Both the position numbers and the translations under genes were made by a program. Positions 51,338-62,208 of a DNA stretch of 64,000 bases are shown one piece after another. Origin of the DNA: Alphaproteobacteria bacterium. GTDB lineage: Bacteria > Pseudomonadota > Alphaproteobacteria > SP197. The stretch is taken from positions 1,536,001 through 1,600,000 of the forward strand of contig OZ219920.1 of NCBI GenBank assembly GCA_964291415.2. The letters are read 5' to 3'. Under the pieces are notes generated by a model. The model had not been told where the DNA came from. It saw nothing but the letters and a program-made list of their open reading frames with translations, and did not search any database. Position 1 is the stretch's first letter. Each line of letters opens with the position of its first letter.

Positions 51338-52600
51338 TCAGTTCACCTTGAGACGGTCAACACCGACAAAGCGGTTGTAGATGAAGAACATGACAAGAGT
51401 GAGCAGCAGCAACACGACGGACAAGGCCGCGCCAAGTCCCCAGTTGGCCGTTCGCCCCATGTTCTGGACGATCCAGTAGCTGGTCATCTGATCACCGGGC
51501 CCGCCAACCAGAGCCGGGGTGATGTAGTACCCCAGTGACAGAATGAAGACGAGCAGCGTTCCCGCCGCCACCCCGGGCATGCACTGCGGAAAGTAGACTT
51601 TCAGAAAGGCCTTCCAGCCCGGCGCACCGAGGGAGGCCGCGGCCCGCATGTGCCAGGGGTTGATGGTCTTCATGACGCTGTACATGGGCAGCACCATGAA
51701 CGGCAGGAGAATGTGCACCATTGCCACGTAGACACCCAACCGGTTGCGGATCAGTTCCTGGGGTTCGTTCCACAGGCCCAGCCACAATGCCGCGTCGTTG
51801 ATCAGCCCCTCGTTCTGCAGCAGCACGAGCCACGAGGTTGTCCGCACCAGCAGCGACGTCCAGAACGGCAGAAGTACGAGAATCAGCAGCAGGTTGCTGA
51901 TGCGTGTCGGCAATGTCGCCAGGAGATAGGCAATCGGCAGACCGAGCAGGAAGCACAGCAGGGTGACGGCAAAGCTGATCTCGATGGTCCGCAGGAGAAC
52001 GTCGACGTAGATGGCCCTGTCGGGTGAGACGCCGACAATCTCGCGTTCCTCATCGCGCTGCAGGTCGAGTGACCACAGAAGGTAATAGTCGGTGTAGTAG
52101 TTGGAGGCGTTCTTGATGGCGAACCAGTAGGCAGGATCGCCCCAGTCCTTGTCGATCTTGATGAAACCATCGTGGATCTGATCGGGGAGAAGCAGTGCAA
52201 GCTGCTCGGACTTGCGCGCAGTCTTCTTCACCATCGACTTGAAGCCGCTGATGTCATAGTTGAGCCGCTTGGCAGCCCGTCCGAACTCGCCGCGTCCGGC
52301 GACCGAGAGCTCTTCGGCAAAGGTGACCATGGCCTCCGGCGGCGGGAATCCCTCGCCATCCCACTCCTGGAACAGTTCCGCCGTACGTGGGAACCCGGTC
52401 GTCACGTCCGGGTCCTCGACGGAGAGTGACAGCAGGGAAATGATCGGCAGGATGAACCCGACCACGAGAAACAGGAACAGCGGTGCGACAAGGGTGATCG
52501 CCCACACCTTGCGCATGCGTTCGGCGCGCCGGAGCTTGATCTTCAGCGGCACGCCGTCGGCCGTGCGCATCACGTCATGGCTGCCTGTGGTTGCCACCAT
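51338..52600 (-). CDS. Polyamine-type ABC permease (PotB-like) with large periplasmic loop
   Basis: LLPFWTSLLVRT, HILLPFMVLP, AAASLGA, GYYITPALVGG. Confidence 0.9.
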   Translation of the reverse strand: MVATTGSHDVMRTADGVPLKIKLRRAERMRKVWAITLVAPLFLFLVVGFILPIISLLSLSVEDPDVTTGFPRTAELFQEWDGEGFPPPEAMVTFAEELSVAGRGEFGRAAKRLNYDISGFKSMVKKTARKSEQLALLLPDQIHDGFIKIDKDWGDPAYWFAIKNASNYYTDYYLLWSLDLQRDEEREIVGVSPDRAIYVDVLLRTIEISFAVTLLCFLLGLPIAYLLATLPTRISNLLLILVLLPFWTSLLVRTTSWLVLLQNEGLINDAALWLGLWNEPQELIRNRLGVYVAMVHILLPFMVLPMYSVMKTINPWHMRAAASLGAPGWKAFLKVYFPQCMPGVAAGTLLVFILSLGYYITPALVGGPGDQMTSYWIVQNMGRTANWGLGAALSVVLLLLTLVMFFIYNRFVGVDRLKVN

Positions 52601-52637
52601 GTCCTGCTGTCTCCGGCCAATGAAAGAAAAGACGAGA

Positions 52638-52667
52638 GAGAACCGGGATCATGATGTCCCGGTTCTC
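52638..52667 (-). terminator. Hairpin with U-rich tail between the SBP and permease genes
   Basis: GAGAACCGGGA-8 nt-TCCCGGTTCTC, followed on the minus strand by TCTCGTCTTTTCTTT. Confidence 0.6.
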
Positions 52668-52682
52668 CCTGAACACTGGTCG

Positions 52683-53756
52683 TTACTGTGAACGCCAGAC
52701 CTGGAAGCGCTCTGTCAGCTCTTCCTCATGGTCAGCCCACCAGACGGTGTCCACCCACAGGGCATTCTGGAGATTGGCCGCAGCGGTCGGCAGGTGCTGC
52801 AGAATGTCCGGATTGATGAGTGCGCCCGCCTCGGCAGTCGTCGGGCCGTACGAGATGTACTGGGACTGACGCGCCATGACTTCAGGGCGGCTGGCATACT
52901 CGATGAACTTCATGCCGAGATCGTATTCCGGATGTCCGGCCGGAATGATCCAGTGATCATAGTCAATGGTCTGTCCATCCCAGACGATGACGAAGTTCTT
53001 TCCTTCCTTGACGACCGCATTGTAGATGCGTCCGTTCCAGGCAGTCGTCATGGCCACCTCGCCGTCAGCGAGAAGCTGCGGCGCCATGGCCCCGGTATCC
53101 CACCAGATGACCTCGTCCTTGATCGACTCGAGCTTGGCGAAGGCACGATCAATGGCCTCTTCATCGTTGTCGGAGAGGTAGGCATAGACCTCGTCGGCGG
53201 GCACGCCGTCAGCGATGAGCGCCATTTCGAGCGAAGCGGCCGGGCTGTTGGCATAGAGGCCGCGCTTGCCCGGGAACTTCTCGAGATCGAAGAAGTCGGC
53301 AATCGTGGTCGGAACGTTGTCGCCGGAGTAGGCATCGCCATTATAGGCATAGATGGTCGCCCACGAGATTGTGCCCACCGAACAGTCGAGTGCCGCGCCC
53401 GGGAAGAAGCGGTCCATGCCGCCCATCATCTCCCAGTCGATTTCGGCGAGAAGGCCTTCATCACAACCGGCCATGGCCGTTCCCGACTCCGAGTCGATGA
53501 CGTGCCACTTGTATTCGCCACTCTCGACCTGAACGCGGATCTCCGACAGGGTGCCACCCCACTCGTCCTCGAGGACGGTCATGTCGATTTCCTTGGCCGC
53601 GGGCTTGTAGTAGGCCTCGCGCTGGCTGGCGGAATAGGCTCCGCCCCAGGAAGCCACGGTAATCGTGTCATCGGCCAGGACGGCTGACGGAGCCTGCAGG
53701 CCCGCCAGCGCGGCGCCGGCAAGGACCGCGGCTGAAACTCTCATTACTCTCTTCAT
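52683..53756 (-). CDS. Polyamine-type ABC substrate-binding protein
   Basis: Signal peptide; VASWGGAY, FPGKRGL, LIADGV, AWNGR. Confidence 0.9.
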   Translation of the reverse strand: MKRVMRVSAAVLAGAALAGLQAPSAVLADDTITVASWGGAYSASQREAYYKPAAKEIDMTVLEDEWGGTLSEIRVQVESGEYKWHVIDSESGTAMAGCDEGLLAEIDWEMMGGMDRFFPGAALDCSVGTISWATIYAYNGDAYSGDNVPTTIADFFDLEKFPGKRGLYANSPAASLEMALIADGVPADEVYAYLSDNDEEAIDRAFAKLESIKDEVIWWDTGAMAPQLLADGEVAMTTAWNGRIYNAVVKEGKNFVIVWDGQTIDYDHWIIPAGHPEYDLGMKFIEYASRPEVMARQSQYISYGPTTAEAGALINPDILQHLPTAAANLQNALWVDTVWWADHEEELTERFQVWRSQ

Positions 53757-53859
53757 GATTGTCGTCTCCCTTCAAAGGACGTTGTTCATGTCGTGCACGG
53801 TCACGAAGACCCTGCGTCATGCGCCGCGTCACGCGGCCTGATGGATGCCGCCCGTCATG

Positions 53860-54981
53860 TCAGGCTGCATCCAGCGCCCGGCAGTCGCCCGACCGCCAGC
53901 CGATTCTGATTTCCTGTCCCAGTTCGAGACCGCCATGGCCCGAGCCGCGCGGCACCTTGACGACAAAATCGTCGTGGTCGAAAACCTCCATGCGCACTCT
54001 GGTGTGGTCACCCATGTAAATCTGTTCCCGCACCACCGCCGTGAATATGTCATCACATCCATCGCTTTCCGCGGCGCCAACCACCACGACTTCGGGACGC
54101 AGTGACAGGGTGGTCTGCTGCCCCACCTCGGACACATTGACAGGCAGGGCCCTGATCGCATGCCCGCTGGGGAGCTCGACAACGCAGACGTCCCCGGCGA
54201 TCTCCGTGATCTTGCCCTTGAGCCGGTTGTTCTCGCCGATGAACTGGGCAACGAAGGCATTCTTCGGCCGTTCATAGAGTTCCTCGGGCGCGTCGAGCTG
54301 CTGGATGACTCCGTCATCGAAGACCGCGATGCGGTCCGACATGGTCAGCGCCTCGCTCTGGTCATGGGTGACGTAGACGAATGTCAGGCCCACGTTCTGA
54401 TGAATGTGCTTCATCTCGATCTGCATCTGTTCGCGCAGCTTCTTGTCGAGAGCGCCAAGCGGCTCGTCCATGAGAACGATCTGGGGCTCGAACACGAGGG
54501 CGCGCGCCAGAGCGACGCGCTGCTGCTGGCCGCCGGAAAGCTGTGCCGGGCGGCGCCTCTCGAAACCGGTGAGCTCCACCATGGCCAGGACGTCGGCGAT
54601 CTTCTTCTCCCGGGATGCCTTTTCGACCTTGTGGCACTGCAGCGGAAACTCGAGGTTCTCGTAGACCGTCATGTGGGGAAACAGGGCGTAGTTCTGGAAG
54701 ACCATGCCGATATCCCGCTTGTGCGGCGGCACCAGGCGCAGCGAACGCCCGTTGAGCACGATGTCGCCATGAGTCGTCGATTCGAATCCGGCAAGCATCA
54801 TGAGCGTCGTCGTCTTGCCCGACCCGGACGGTCCGAGAAGAGTGAGGAACTCGCCCTTCTCGATCGCCAGGTTGAGGTCCTTCACAACGAGAACCTCTCC
54901 GTCATAGGTTTTCTGGACGTTCTCGAACCGGACCTGGGGCTCGTTGCTCCCCCGATCCGGGCTGTGCATGCTGTCCGTCAT
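53860..54981 (-). CDS. ABC ATP-binding protein (PotA-like)
   Basis: [31 protein letters not shown]-type tail. Confidence 0.93.
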   Translation of the reverse strand: MTDSMHSPDRGSNEPQVRFENVQKTYDGEVLVVKDLNLAIEKGEFLTLLGPSGSGKTTTLMMLAGFESTTHGDIVLNGRSLRLVPPHKRDIGMVFQNYALFPHMTVYENLEFPLQCHKVEKASREKKIADVLAMVELTGFERRRPAQLSGGQQQRVALARALVFEPQIVLMDEPLGALDKKLREQMQIEMKHIHQNVGLTFVYVTHDQSEALTMSDRIAVFDDGVIQQLDAPEELYERPKNAFVAQFIGENNRLKGKITEIAGDVCVVELPSGHAIRALPVNVSEVGQQTTLSLRPEVVVVGAAESDGCDDIFTAVVREQIYMGDHTRVRMEVFDHDDFVVKVPRGSGHGGLELGQEIRIGWRSGDCRALDAA

Positions 54982-55222
54982 TCATCCGGTCCCGAACGTT
55001 TCGACAACACCTTGAACTCCTTCCTGACCACGTCTCGCCTGCGACGCACCATGCAACACAGTTCACCCTGCATTCAAGCCTGCATACCGGCGACTGCCCT
55101 GGCAGGGAAGTGAAATTCGAGGCACTAGACTAGACTACTCACGCACACTATCAAAATGCCTCCCGCGAGCAGCAAAGGACATCGGTGAGCCAGATGTGTG
55201 ATTTTCCACCTGCCGGGAAACC

Positions 55223-56539
55223 ATGACCCGCCTCTTTGCGCCATCCGGATCCACCGCCCGGGGACTTGTCGTCCTCTTCGGGCTCGTCCTCGGGTCTGCC
55301 CTCTGTCCCGCGGGAGATGACAATCCGGCGCTTGAGGTGTCGAGCACTGACGTGATTCGTGCTGCCGTCGCCAGCGGTCTGATCGATGCGGCGGACTTCG
55401 AAGCCATCGACGATCCCCACGTGGGCCCGCTCCTCGTTGGCCGGCCCAGGGCATCGGATGATCCGGCGCGGACCTTCAGCATCATCATGTTCGGGAGCGA
55501 TTCGACAGGACTGACCCAGATCCAGTTCGTCATGTCCGCCCCCTGGGAAGGCCTCAGCAACCGCCTTGAGCTCGCTGCCAGCATCGCCGGCCTTGTCGTG
55601 GCCCTGCCGTCATCCCTGCCGCCCATGCCGCCGATGGAAGCCGGCCCGGCAAACCTGACTCCAATGGCATCGTGGCTCTACAGCCTGTTCTACGAGTCCT
55701 GGCTTGGCTGGCCCGGCTCCGCGAAGAGGCTGGTGCGGGTTCGCGATGATGTCGCCGTCATCATGGAGGGCACGCCTCCGGAAACATGGATCATGACACT
55801 GGCCGTCGACCGCGACTTTCCGGACACGACCTGGCCCGGCGGATGGTCCGGAACCGATGCTCCCGGGGTGACGGAGGCGCGGCAGTTCATCCGCCAGGGC
55901 GAGTATCAGGCCGCCCGCAGTATCCTGGAACCTCTGGCCGAGGACGGTGATCCTCAGGCCGCCCTGCTCATGGGAGACATGTCGAGGTTCGGAAGGATCG
56001 GCATCCCCCACATCCAGGATGCAACCGACTGGTATCTCGTCGCTGCGCGCCATCGCCACCCCCGGGCCATCTGGGCTCTGGCCGCCATGCTCACCGAAGG
56101 GTGGGGGACGTTCTTCATCAACAACCTGAAGGGTCAACTCCTGGCGCGGGCCGAAGCCGCCGGCTCGGCGGACGCCCTCCTTGTCCTCGGCGGCACAACC
56201 CCGGGCGTGAACTACGTGCGTCCGCCCGGCGTTTCGGCCAGCGACCAGATCCTGGAAGCGGCGCGGTGGGGACTTCTTGCCGCGCAACACGACATCGCTG
56301 ACCGCTACGCCAGGGGTGACGGTATCGCCGCCGACACGATAGAGGCATGTGCCTGGGCCATCGTCGCCCTGGAGAACACCGGTCCCGGGGCCGATTACCT
56401 CTTCTCGCGGCAGCTTCTTGCCGATCTCTCTTCCGGACTCGACGATGCCGGCCTCGCGCAGGCCAGAGAAAGGGCCATGAATCTCGAGACCGGGCCGCCT
56501 TCATGGTCTCCGCGTGTCGTCGAGCACGCCACTCCTTGA
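55223..56539 (+). CDS. Exported Sel1-repeat-containing protein
   Basis: Signal-like N-terminus; LAEDGDPQAALLMG, AAQHDIADRYARGDGIAAD.IEACAW. Confidence 0.7.
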   Translation: MTRLFAPSGSTARGLVVLFGLVLGSALCPAGDDNPALEVSSTDVIRAAVASGLIDAADFEAIDDPHVGPLLVGRPRASDDPARTFSIIMFGSDSTGLTQIQFVMSAPWEGLSNRLELAASIAGLVVALPSSLPPMPPMEAGPANLTPMASWLYSLFYESWLGWPGSAKRLVRVRDDVAVIMEGTPPETWIMTLAVDRDFPDTTWPGGWSGTDAPGVTEARQFIRQGEYQAARSILEPLAEDGDPQAALLMGDMSRFGRIGIPHIQDATDWYLVAARHRHPRAIWALAAMLTEGWGTFFINNLKGQLLARAEAAGSADALLVLGGTTPGVNYVRPPGVSASDQILEAARWGLLAAQHDIADRYARGDGIAADTIEACAWAIVALENTGPGADYLFSRQLLADLSSGLDDAGLAQARERAMNLETGPPSWSPRVVEHATP

Positions 56540-56687
56540 CATCCTGGCAGGATGACGTGCGCGATCCTCGTCCGGGAAGAGTGCGCCACGGATCGACCCG
56601 GTCTTTGCGAATCCCGTCATGGCGCACCGCCGGACTTCACGTTCCGGCGCGGGATGGAATAGATTGCGGCATCGACGGGAGGTGACG

Positions 56688-57911
56688 ATGAAGGCACACG
56701 ACATCCCTGCGGTGGATGACCTGATCGCCCGGCAACGACCCGGCTTCACCCTGGAACAGCCGTTCTACCGGGATCCCGGGATCTTCAGGCGGGACATGGA
56801 GAGGGTCGTTTCGAGATCCTGGCTCTATGTCGCCCACGAGAGCGAGATTCCCTCGAGGGGCGACTACCTTGTCTACCGGGTCGGCGAGGAGTCGATCATC
56901 CTGGTGCGTGGCCGTGATCTTGAGGTTCGCGCCTTCTTCAATGTCTGCCGTCATCGCGGCAGCCATATCTGCCTCGAGGAACGCGGCAACGCCGGCAAGC
57001 TCGTGTGCCCCTATCATGCCTGGACCTACGATCTCGACGGACGCCTCATCGCCGCTCGTTCCATGCCTCAAGGATTCGACAAGGCGGACTATCCACTCCA
57101 TGGGTGCTCGGTCCGGGTGGCCCAGGGTCTCATCTTCATTTGCCTCGCCGGCGCCGATGATCCGCATGTCGCAGACTTCAGCGGCATTGCCGATCTGCTC
57201 GAGTCCTATGCCGGGCTGCATCGTCTGAAGGACACGAAGATCGTGCACCGCGAGGTCTATCCGACCTACGCCAACTGGAAACTCGTCGTCGACAACTTCC
57301 GCGAGTGCTATCACTGCTCGCCGGCACACCCCGAGTACACGATGGTCAACGCCTACGTGAAGGCGCACGACCGCGGTCCCGAGACCTACCGTCCGGCGGT
57401 GGATTCCTGGGTCGAAAGGACGAGGAAGCTCGGTCACCCCGTGGACTCGTCGAATGGCGACATCGGCGACCCGCGCCAGCCTCACAGCGTCTGGCGCCAA
57501 CCCATTCGGGAGGGCTATCTGACGCTTTCCGAAAACGGGCAGCCCGTCGCCCCCCTGCTTGGCGCCCTGGAACACTGGGACGGTGGCGAGACTGCCTTCA
57601 CCCTCGGACCGCTGTCCTATGCCTACCTGTGTGCCGATCATCTCACGATGTTCCGCTTCACGCCTGTCACGCCGGAGTTCAGCGAGGTGCTCGTGACCTG
57701 GCACGTTCGCGCCGATGCCGACCTGGACCGGGACGTTGATCTCAAGCGCCTGATCTGGATGTGGGACGTCACGACCATCGAGGACACGAAGATCATCATC
57801 GACAACCAGAAGGGCGTGAACTCCACCCGCTACGCGCCGGGACCCTATGCAACGCTGGAAGACTACTCGGCGGCCTTCACCGACTGGTACCTCGAGCGCA
57901 TCGCGTCCTGA
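56688..57911 (+). CDS. Rieske non-heme iron oxygenase alpha subunit (betaine demethylase GbcA-like group)
   Basis: NVCRHRG..CPYHAW Rieske motif; NWK..DNFRECYHC..AHPE; GGGAGG RBS. Confidence 0.85.
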   Translation: MKAHDIPAVDDLIARQRPGFTLEQPFYRDPGIFRRDMERVVSRSWLYVAHESEIPSRGDYLVYRVGEESIILVRGRDLEVRAFFNVCRHRGSHICLEERGNAGKLVCPYHAWTYDLDGRLIAARSMPQGFDKADYPLHGCSVRVAQGLIFICLAGADDPHVADFSGIADLLESYAGLHRLKDTKIVHREVYPTYANWKLVVDNFRECYHCSPAHPEYTMVNAYVKAHDRGPETYRPAVDSWVERTRKLGHPVDSSNGDIGDPRQPHSVWRQPIREGYLTLSENGQPVAPLLGALEHWDGGETAFTLGPLSYAYLCADHLTMFRFTPVTPEFSEVLVTWHVRADADLDRDVDLKRLIWMWDVTTIEDTKIIIDNQKGVNSTRYAPGPYATLEDYSAAFTDWYLERIAS

Positions 57912-57913
57912 GC

Positions 57914-58303
57914 CTACCCGGTCCTTGCGGCCTGATATCTCGAATGCAGGGTCGCCGGATCCTCTTCCGGCGGAAGTTCCGCCCGCACCCGGGCCGGAAG
58001 TGCGGAGCGCACGATACGGTAGGAAACGGCGAGGCGCTGCCACAGCAGGTCTTCCGCACAGTCGAAAGGCAGGTTGATCCACGAGCGGTGGAAGTACCGC
58101 GCTTTCCTGCCGACACCCGCATCGATCAGCATCGTCGCCGTTTCGATGCTGTCGGTCTTGACGGAAACACCCTCATCGGATGCCCCCATGCAGGCAAACA
58201 TCTTGCCGCCAACCTTCCAGGCATCATGGCCGTCTCCCCAGGGGTCCGTGTCCTCCGCCCCCGGAAAAACTGAACACATCGCATTGATCGTCGCCCGGCT
58301 CAT
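57914..58303 (-). CDS. MmcQ/YjbR family protein
   Basis: DPWGDGHDAWKVGGKMFA..YFHRSWI..SYRIV. Confidence 0.85.
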   Translation of the reverse strand: MSRATINAMCSVFPGAEDTDPWGDGHDAWKVGGKMFACMGASDEGVSVKTDSIETATMLIDAGVGRKARYFHRSWINLPFDCAEDLLWQRLAVSYRIVRSALPARVRAELPPEEDPATLHSRYQAARTG

Positions 58304-58432
58304 GTCCTCTCGACCCCGCCTTGTCATCCGCAGGTCCAATACACCCTCAGGGATGTGGGAGCGACTCGCAATGCCCGAGGAACGAGGGCACACTTGCCAT
58401 CTCATGTAACGTGACGACAGGAGTTGAATGTT

Positions 58433-59353
58433 ATGGGAATTGCAAGAACGTTGCTGTCTGCTGCCGGCGCGGCCCTCATGTTCACGGGTCCGGCCATCGC
58501 GGATGTGCCGGAGTCGGAGAGAACGATCATTGCGCCGCTGCACAACTGGACCGGCGCCCAGATTTCCTCGGCCGTTTCGGGAGAGATTCTGCGACGCATG
58601 GGCTACAATGTCGAGTATGTGGCGATCTCCGCGCTGTCCGCACCTCAGGGCATCGCCGACGGCGAGATCAGCTATGCGCCCGAGTTGTGGAGCAACAACC
58701 TGGGTGACGTCTATCCGATCATGATCGAGAAGGGCGACATCGTCGACATCGGCGATCTGGGTCTCGATGCCCGGGAAGGATGGCTGTATCCGCTCTACCT
58801 CGAGGAGGAGTGTCCGGGCCTTCCGGCCTGGGAGGCCTTCCTTGACTGTTCCGAACTCTTCGCCACCGCCGAGACCATTCCCAACGGCCGTTTCCTCGAC
58901 TACCCGTCGGAATGGCGCAGTCGCGCCGGCGATCTCATTCGTGAGCAGGGGCTTCCGTTCGACGTGGTTCCCGCGGGCAGTGAAGGAACGATGATCGCGG
59001 AACTCAATTCGGCGGTGGAACGCAAGGCACCGCTCGTCATGATGTTCTGGGCCCCGCACTGGGTGCTCTCCGTTCACGAGACCGGATGGATCGACATTCC
59101 CGAGGACCTGGTGAACCAGTACAGCCTGCACAAGCCGCGTATCTTCAAGGTCGTGTGGCCCGGCATCCACGATGAATGGCCGGTAGCCGCCCGATTCCTG
59201 GAGACATTCACCATCGACAACAGATCCCAGGAAATCATGATGGATCTGATCGACAACCAGCAACAGGATCTCATCGAGGTGACGAACCAGTGGCTCGACG
59301 ACAACGTGGATGTCTGGCAGCCGATGGTCGACGCCGCCATGGCAGGGTCCTGA
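58433..59353 (+). CDS. Glycine betaine/proline-type ABC substrate-binding protein (orphan)
   Basis: HNWTGA, PELW, AREGW.YP, WAPHW; start 58424 or 58433. Confidence 0.88.
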   Translation: MGIARTLLSAAGAALMFTGPAIADVPESERTIIAPLHNWTGAQISSAVSGEILRRMGYNVEYVAISALSAPQGIADGEISYAPELWSNNLGDVYPIMIEKGDIVDIGDLGLDAREGWLYPLYLEEECPGLPAWEAFLDCSELFATAETIPNGRFLDYPSEWRSRAGDLIREQGLPFDVVPAGSEGTMIAELNSAVERKAPLVMMFWAPHWVLSVHETGWIDIPEDLVNQYSLHKPRIFKVVWPGIHDEWPVAARFLETFTIDNRSQEIMMDLIDNQQQDLIEVTNQWLDDNVDVWQPMVDAAMAGS

Positions 59354-59370
59354 TCTCCTCTTGACGCAAG

Positions 59371-59396
59371 AGTGCCGGGGCTCGCGCCCCGGCACT
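59371..59396. terminator. Hairpin between the convergent SBP and ffh genes
   Basis: AGTGCCGGGGC-TCGC-GCCCCGGCACT. Confidence 0.65.
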
Positions 59397-59411
59397 GCCT
59401 CGTGGTCCGGG

Positions 59412-60812
59412 TCAGGGAAACTTCAGTCCGCCCGGCATGTCGATGCCGGACAACGGGTTCCCGGAATCAGGCAACTCGAAGCCGGGCGGGAGCTGGCCCT
59501 TCTTCGCCATCTTGCGGACCTTTTTCATGCTGCCGTTCATCTGGGCATGCATTTTCATGACCCTGTTGACATCCTGGATACGGGTGCCGGAACCGGCAGC
59601 GATGCGCTTCTTGCGGCTTGCGTGAATGATGCGCGGATCGCGGCGCTCTGCGGGCGTCATCGATGAGAGGATCGCCTCGATGCGTCCAAGGGCGGACTCG
59701 TCGAGCTTTGAAGACTCCATCTCCCGGCGCGCCCGGGCAACGCCGGGCAGCAATCCGAGAAGTCCCTGCATGCCGCCCATCCGGCGAAGATGCGATATCT
59801 GCAGGCGCAGATCGTCGAAGTCGAACCCCTGCCCGGACTCCATCTTCCTTGCCAGCTTCTGCGCATCCTCCTCTTCCACGACCCTGGCAGCCTTCTCCAC
59901 CAGGCTGACGACATCGCCCATGCCGAGAATCTGGCCGGCCAGGCGATCAGGGTGGAAGGGTTCGAGCTGGTCGAGCTGTTCGCCGGTTCCCATCAGCTTG
60001 ATGGGACACCCGGTGACCTGGCGCATCGAGAGCGCCGCCCCTCCGCGGGCATCGCCGTCTATCCGGGTCAGGACGATTCCGGTCACGCCGGCGCTCTCGT
60101 GGAAGGACCTGGCGCTGTTGACCGCATCCTGCCCGGTCATGGCATCCGCCACGAACAGCACTTCGTGGGGCGAGGCCAGCTCCCTGACGCTGGCCAACTC
60201 CTCCATCAGTTCGTCGTCGATGTGGAGTCTGCCCGCGGTATCGAGGAGAACGACATCGGTGGCGCTGCGCCGCGCTGCCTTGAGGGCGCGCCGGGCAATG
60301 GCAAGGGGACCTTCTCCGGCAACGATCGGCAGGGTCGCGACCCCCGACTGTTCGCCAAGAACCGCCAACTGTTCCTGGGCCGCCGGACGGCGGACATCGA
60401 GGGAAGCCATGAGGACTTTTCTCCTCCCCTCCCCTTCCTGGAGCCAGCGCCCGATCTTGGCCGTGGTCGTGGTCTTTCCGGAACCCTGGAGACCGACCAG
60501 CATCATGGCGACGGGGGGATTACCCGCCAGATCAAGTTCGGTGGTTTCTGACCCGAGCGTTTCCACGAGATGGTCATGCACGAGCTTGATGACCTGCTGG
60601 GCCGGATTGACGCCCCGCAGCCTCTCGGCACCACGTGACCGCTCGCGCACCGTCTCGACGAACTGCCTGGCGACAGAGAGTGCGACATCGGCCTCGAGCA
60701 GGGCGGCCCGCACTTCTCGCAGCGCAGCGTCAATGTCGCTTTCGCGCAGGGAACTCTTGTGCCGCAGTCGGGTGAAGATTCCCTCGAGATTGCTGGCAAG
60801 CCTGTCGAACAT
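59412..60812 (-). CDS. ffh: Signal recognition particle protein
   Basis: GLQGSGKTTT, DTAGR, DGDARGGAALS, ILGMGD, RIAAGSG. Confidence 0.96.
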   Translation of the reverse strand: MFDRLASNLEGIFTRLRHKSSLRESDIDAALREVRAALLEADVALSVARQFVETVRERSRGAERLRGVNPAQQVIKLVHDHLVETLGSETTELDLAGNPPVAMMLVGLQGSGKTTTTAKIGRWLQEGEGRRKVLMASLDVRRPAAQEQLAVLGEQSGVATLPIVAGEGPLAIARRALKAARRSATDVVLLDTAGRLHIDDELMEELASVRELASPHEVLFVADAMTGQDAVNSARSFHESAGVTGIVLTRIDGDARGGAALSMRQVTGCPIKLMGTGEQLDQLEPFHPDRLAGQILGMGDVVSLVEKAARVVEEEDAQKLARKMESGQGFDFDDLRLQISHLRRMGGMQGLLGLLPGVARARREMESSKLDESALGRIEAILSSMTPAERRDPRIIHASRKKRIAAGSGTRIQDVNRVMKMHAQMNGSMKKVRKMAKKGQLPPGFELPDSGNPLSGIDMPGGLKFP

Positions 60813-60830
60813 GGGACGCCCCCTGGGACT

Positions 60831-61313
60831 TCAGGTCTCTTCCCGGACCATCCGGTAATGAAAATCGCAGTGGTCCGCACCCTGCATGATGGTCTGCGTA
60901 CGGCGCAGACGGATACGCGGATCATATCCTGTCGCAAATGTCGCGTCGCGATTGCAGGAGAGTTCGAAACCGATTTCGGCCAACCCCATCTCCGTGTACA
61001 TCTCCGCATAGCGGCACCGCGTGACACGATAGACGTGCTCGTCATCCGAGCTGTGCGTGACCTCGGTCTCAAGGGCGCCATCGGCGTCCCAGAGATGCTG
61101 GAAGGACAGAAATCCGCGGATTCCTCCGGGGCCCCCGTTCCTCTCTGCGAACTCGCGTCCCTCGGCGATGGCCGCCTCGACGATCGCCGAAGAGAGGATG
61201 CGGCGCGCCCCGGCCTCGCCAATCTCGGCCTTCATGGCCTGCCAGAGCGGCCTGACAACTTCGGCCTGGATTCGCCGCCTTTCGAGAACCGGCAGGCGAT
61301 TGAGCGTCGTCAT
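60831..61313 (-). CDS. L-2-amino-thiazoline-4-carboxylic acid hydrolase family protein
   Basis: VTRCRYAEMY, LSCNRD, RTQTIMQGADHCDF; GAGGTG RBS. Confidence 0.8.
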   Translation of the reverse strand: MTTLNRLPVLERRRIQAEVVRPLWQAMKAEIGEAGARRILSSAIVEAAIAEGREFAERNGGPGGIRGFLSFQHLWDADGALETEVTHSSDDEHVYRVTRCRYAEMYTEMGLAEIGFELSCNRDATFATGYDPRIRLRRTQTIMQGADHCDFHYRMVREET

Positions 61314-61380
61314 TGAAGTCACCTCGTCTGCCGGGCGGGGCATGGACGCCCGCAGCGTGCAGCCCTATATAGCAACAGCC

Positions 61381-62208
61381 ATGGATCCTGTCAGTTTCGT
61401 CAAGATGCACGGCCTGGGCAACGACTTCGTCATCATCGACGCTCGGGATCGTGCCGCGCCGCTTCCCGCCTGCGCAATCCGCACCATTGCGGATCGCCGC
61501 ATCGGCGTGGGATGCGACCAGCTCATCCGCCTCGAACCTTCGCTCACGGGCGATGCCTTCATGCGCATCTGGAACCCGGACGGCAGCGAGGCCGAGGCCT
61601 GCGGCAACGGAACCCGCTGCGTCGCCAGACTGCTCATGGAAGAGACCGGAAGGGACGATGCCGGGATCGAAACCCGGTCCGGCTTGCTGAAGGCGCGCCG
61701 GCGCGGAGACGAGACGTTCGACGTCGACATGGGTGAACCACGGCTTGGCTGGCAGGACATCCCGTTGGCAACGTCATCGGACACGCTTCATGTGGATCTC
61801 GGCGATGTCGCGCCGTCGCCCGCCACCTGTGTCAGCATGGGCAATCCCCATGCGGTCCTTTTCGTCGAGGACTGCGATGCGGTCGACCTCGGAACGACCG
61901 GACCGCTGCTCGAACGACACTCTCTCTTCCCGCGCCGGGCCAACATCAGCTTTGCCACGGTCGAGACAGACTCGAGAGTGCGCGCACGGGTCTGGGAGCG
62001 GGGAGCCGGCGCGACGCGCGCCTGCGGTTCCGCCGCTTGTGCCATCGCCGTCGCCGGCCACCGGCGCGGCCTCACCCTGCGTCGTGTGACCGTGGCCCTG
62101 CCCGGCGGCGACCTCGACCTCGATTGGCATGAAAACGGACATGTTCACATGACCGGACCCGCCAGCCTCGTGTGCAGGGGGGCGCTCATGCCGGAGGTCA
62201 TGGCATGA
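61381..62208 (+). CDS. dapF: Diaminopimelate epimerase
   Basis: KMHGLGNDF, ACGNG, MGNPH, WERGAG.TRACGS. Confidence 0.95.
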   Translation: MDPVSFVKMHGLGNDFVIIDARDRAAPLPACAIRTIADRRIGVGCDQLIRLEPSLTGDAFMRIWNPDGSEAEACGNGTRCVARLLMEETGRDDAGIETRSGLLKARRRGDETFDVDMGEPRLGWQDIPLATSSDTLHVDLGDVAPSPATCVSMGNPHAVLFVEDCDAVDLGTTGPLLERHSLFPRRANISFATVETDSRVRARVWERGAGATRACGSAACAIAVAGHRRGLTLRRVTVALPGGDLDLDWHENGHVHMTGPASLVCRGALMPEVMA

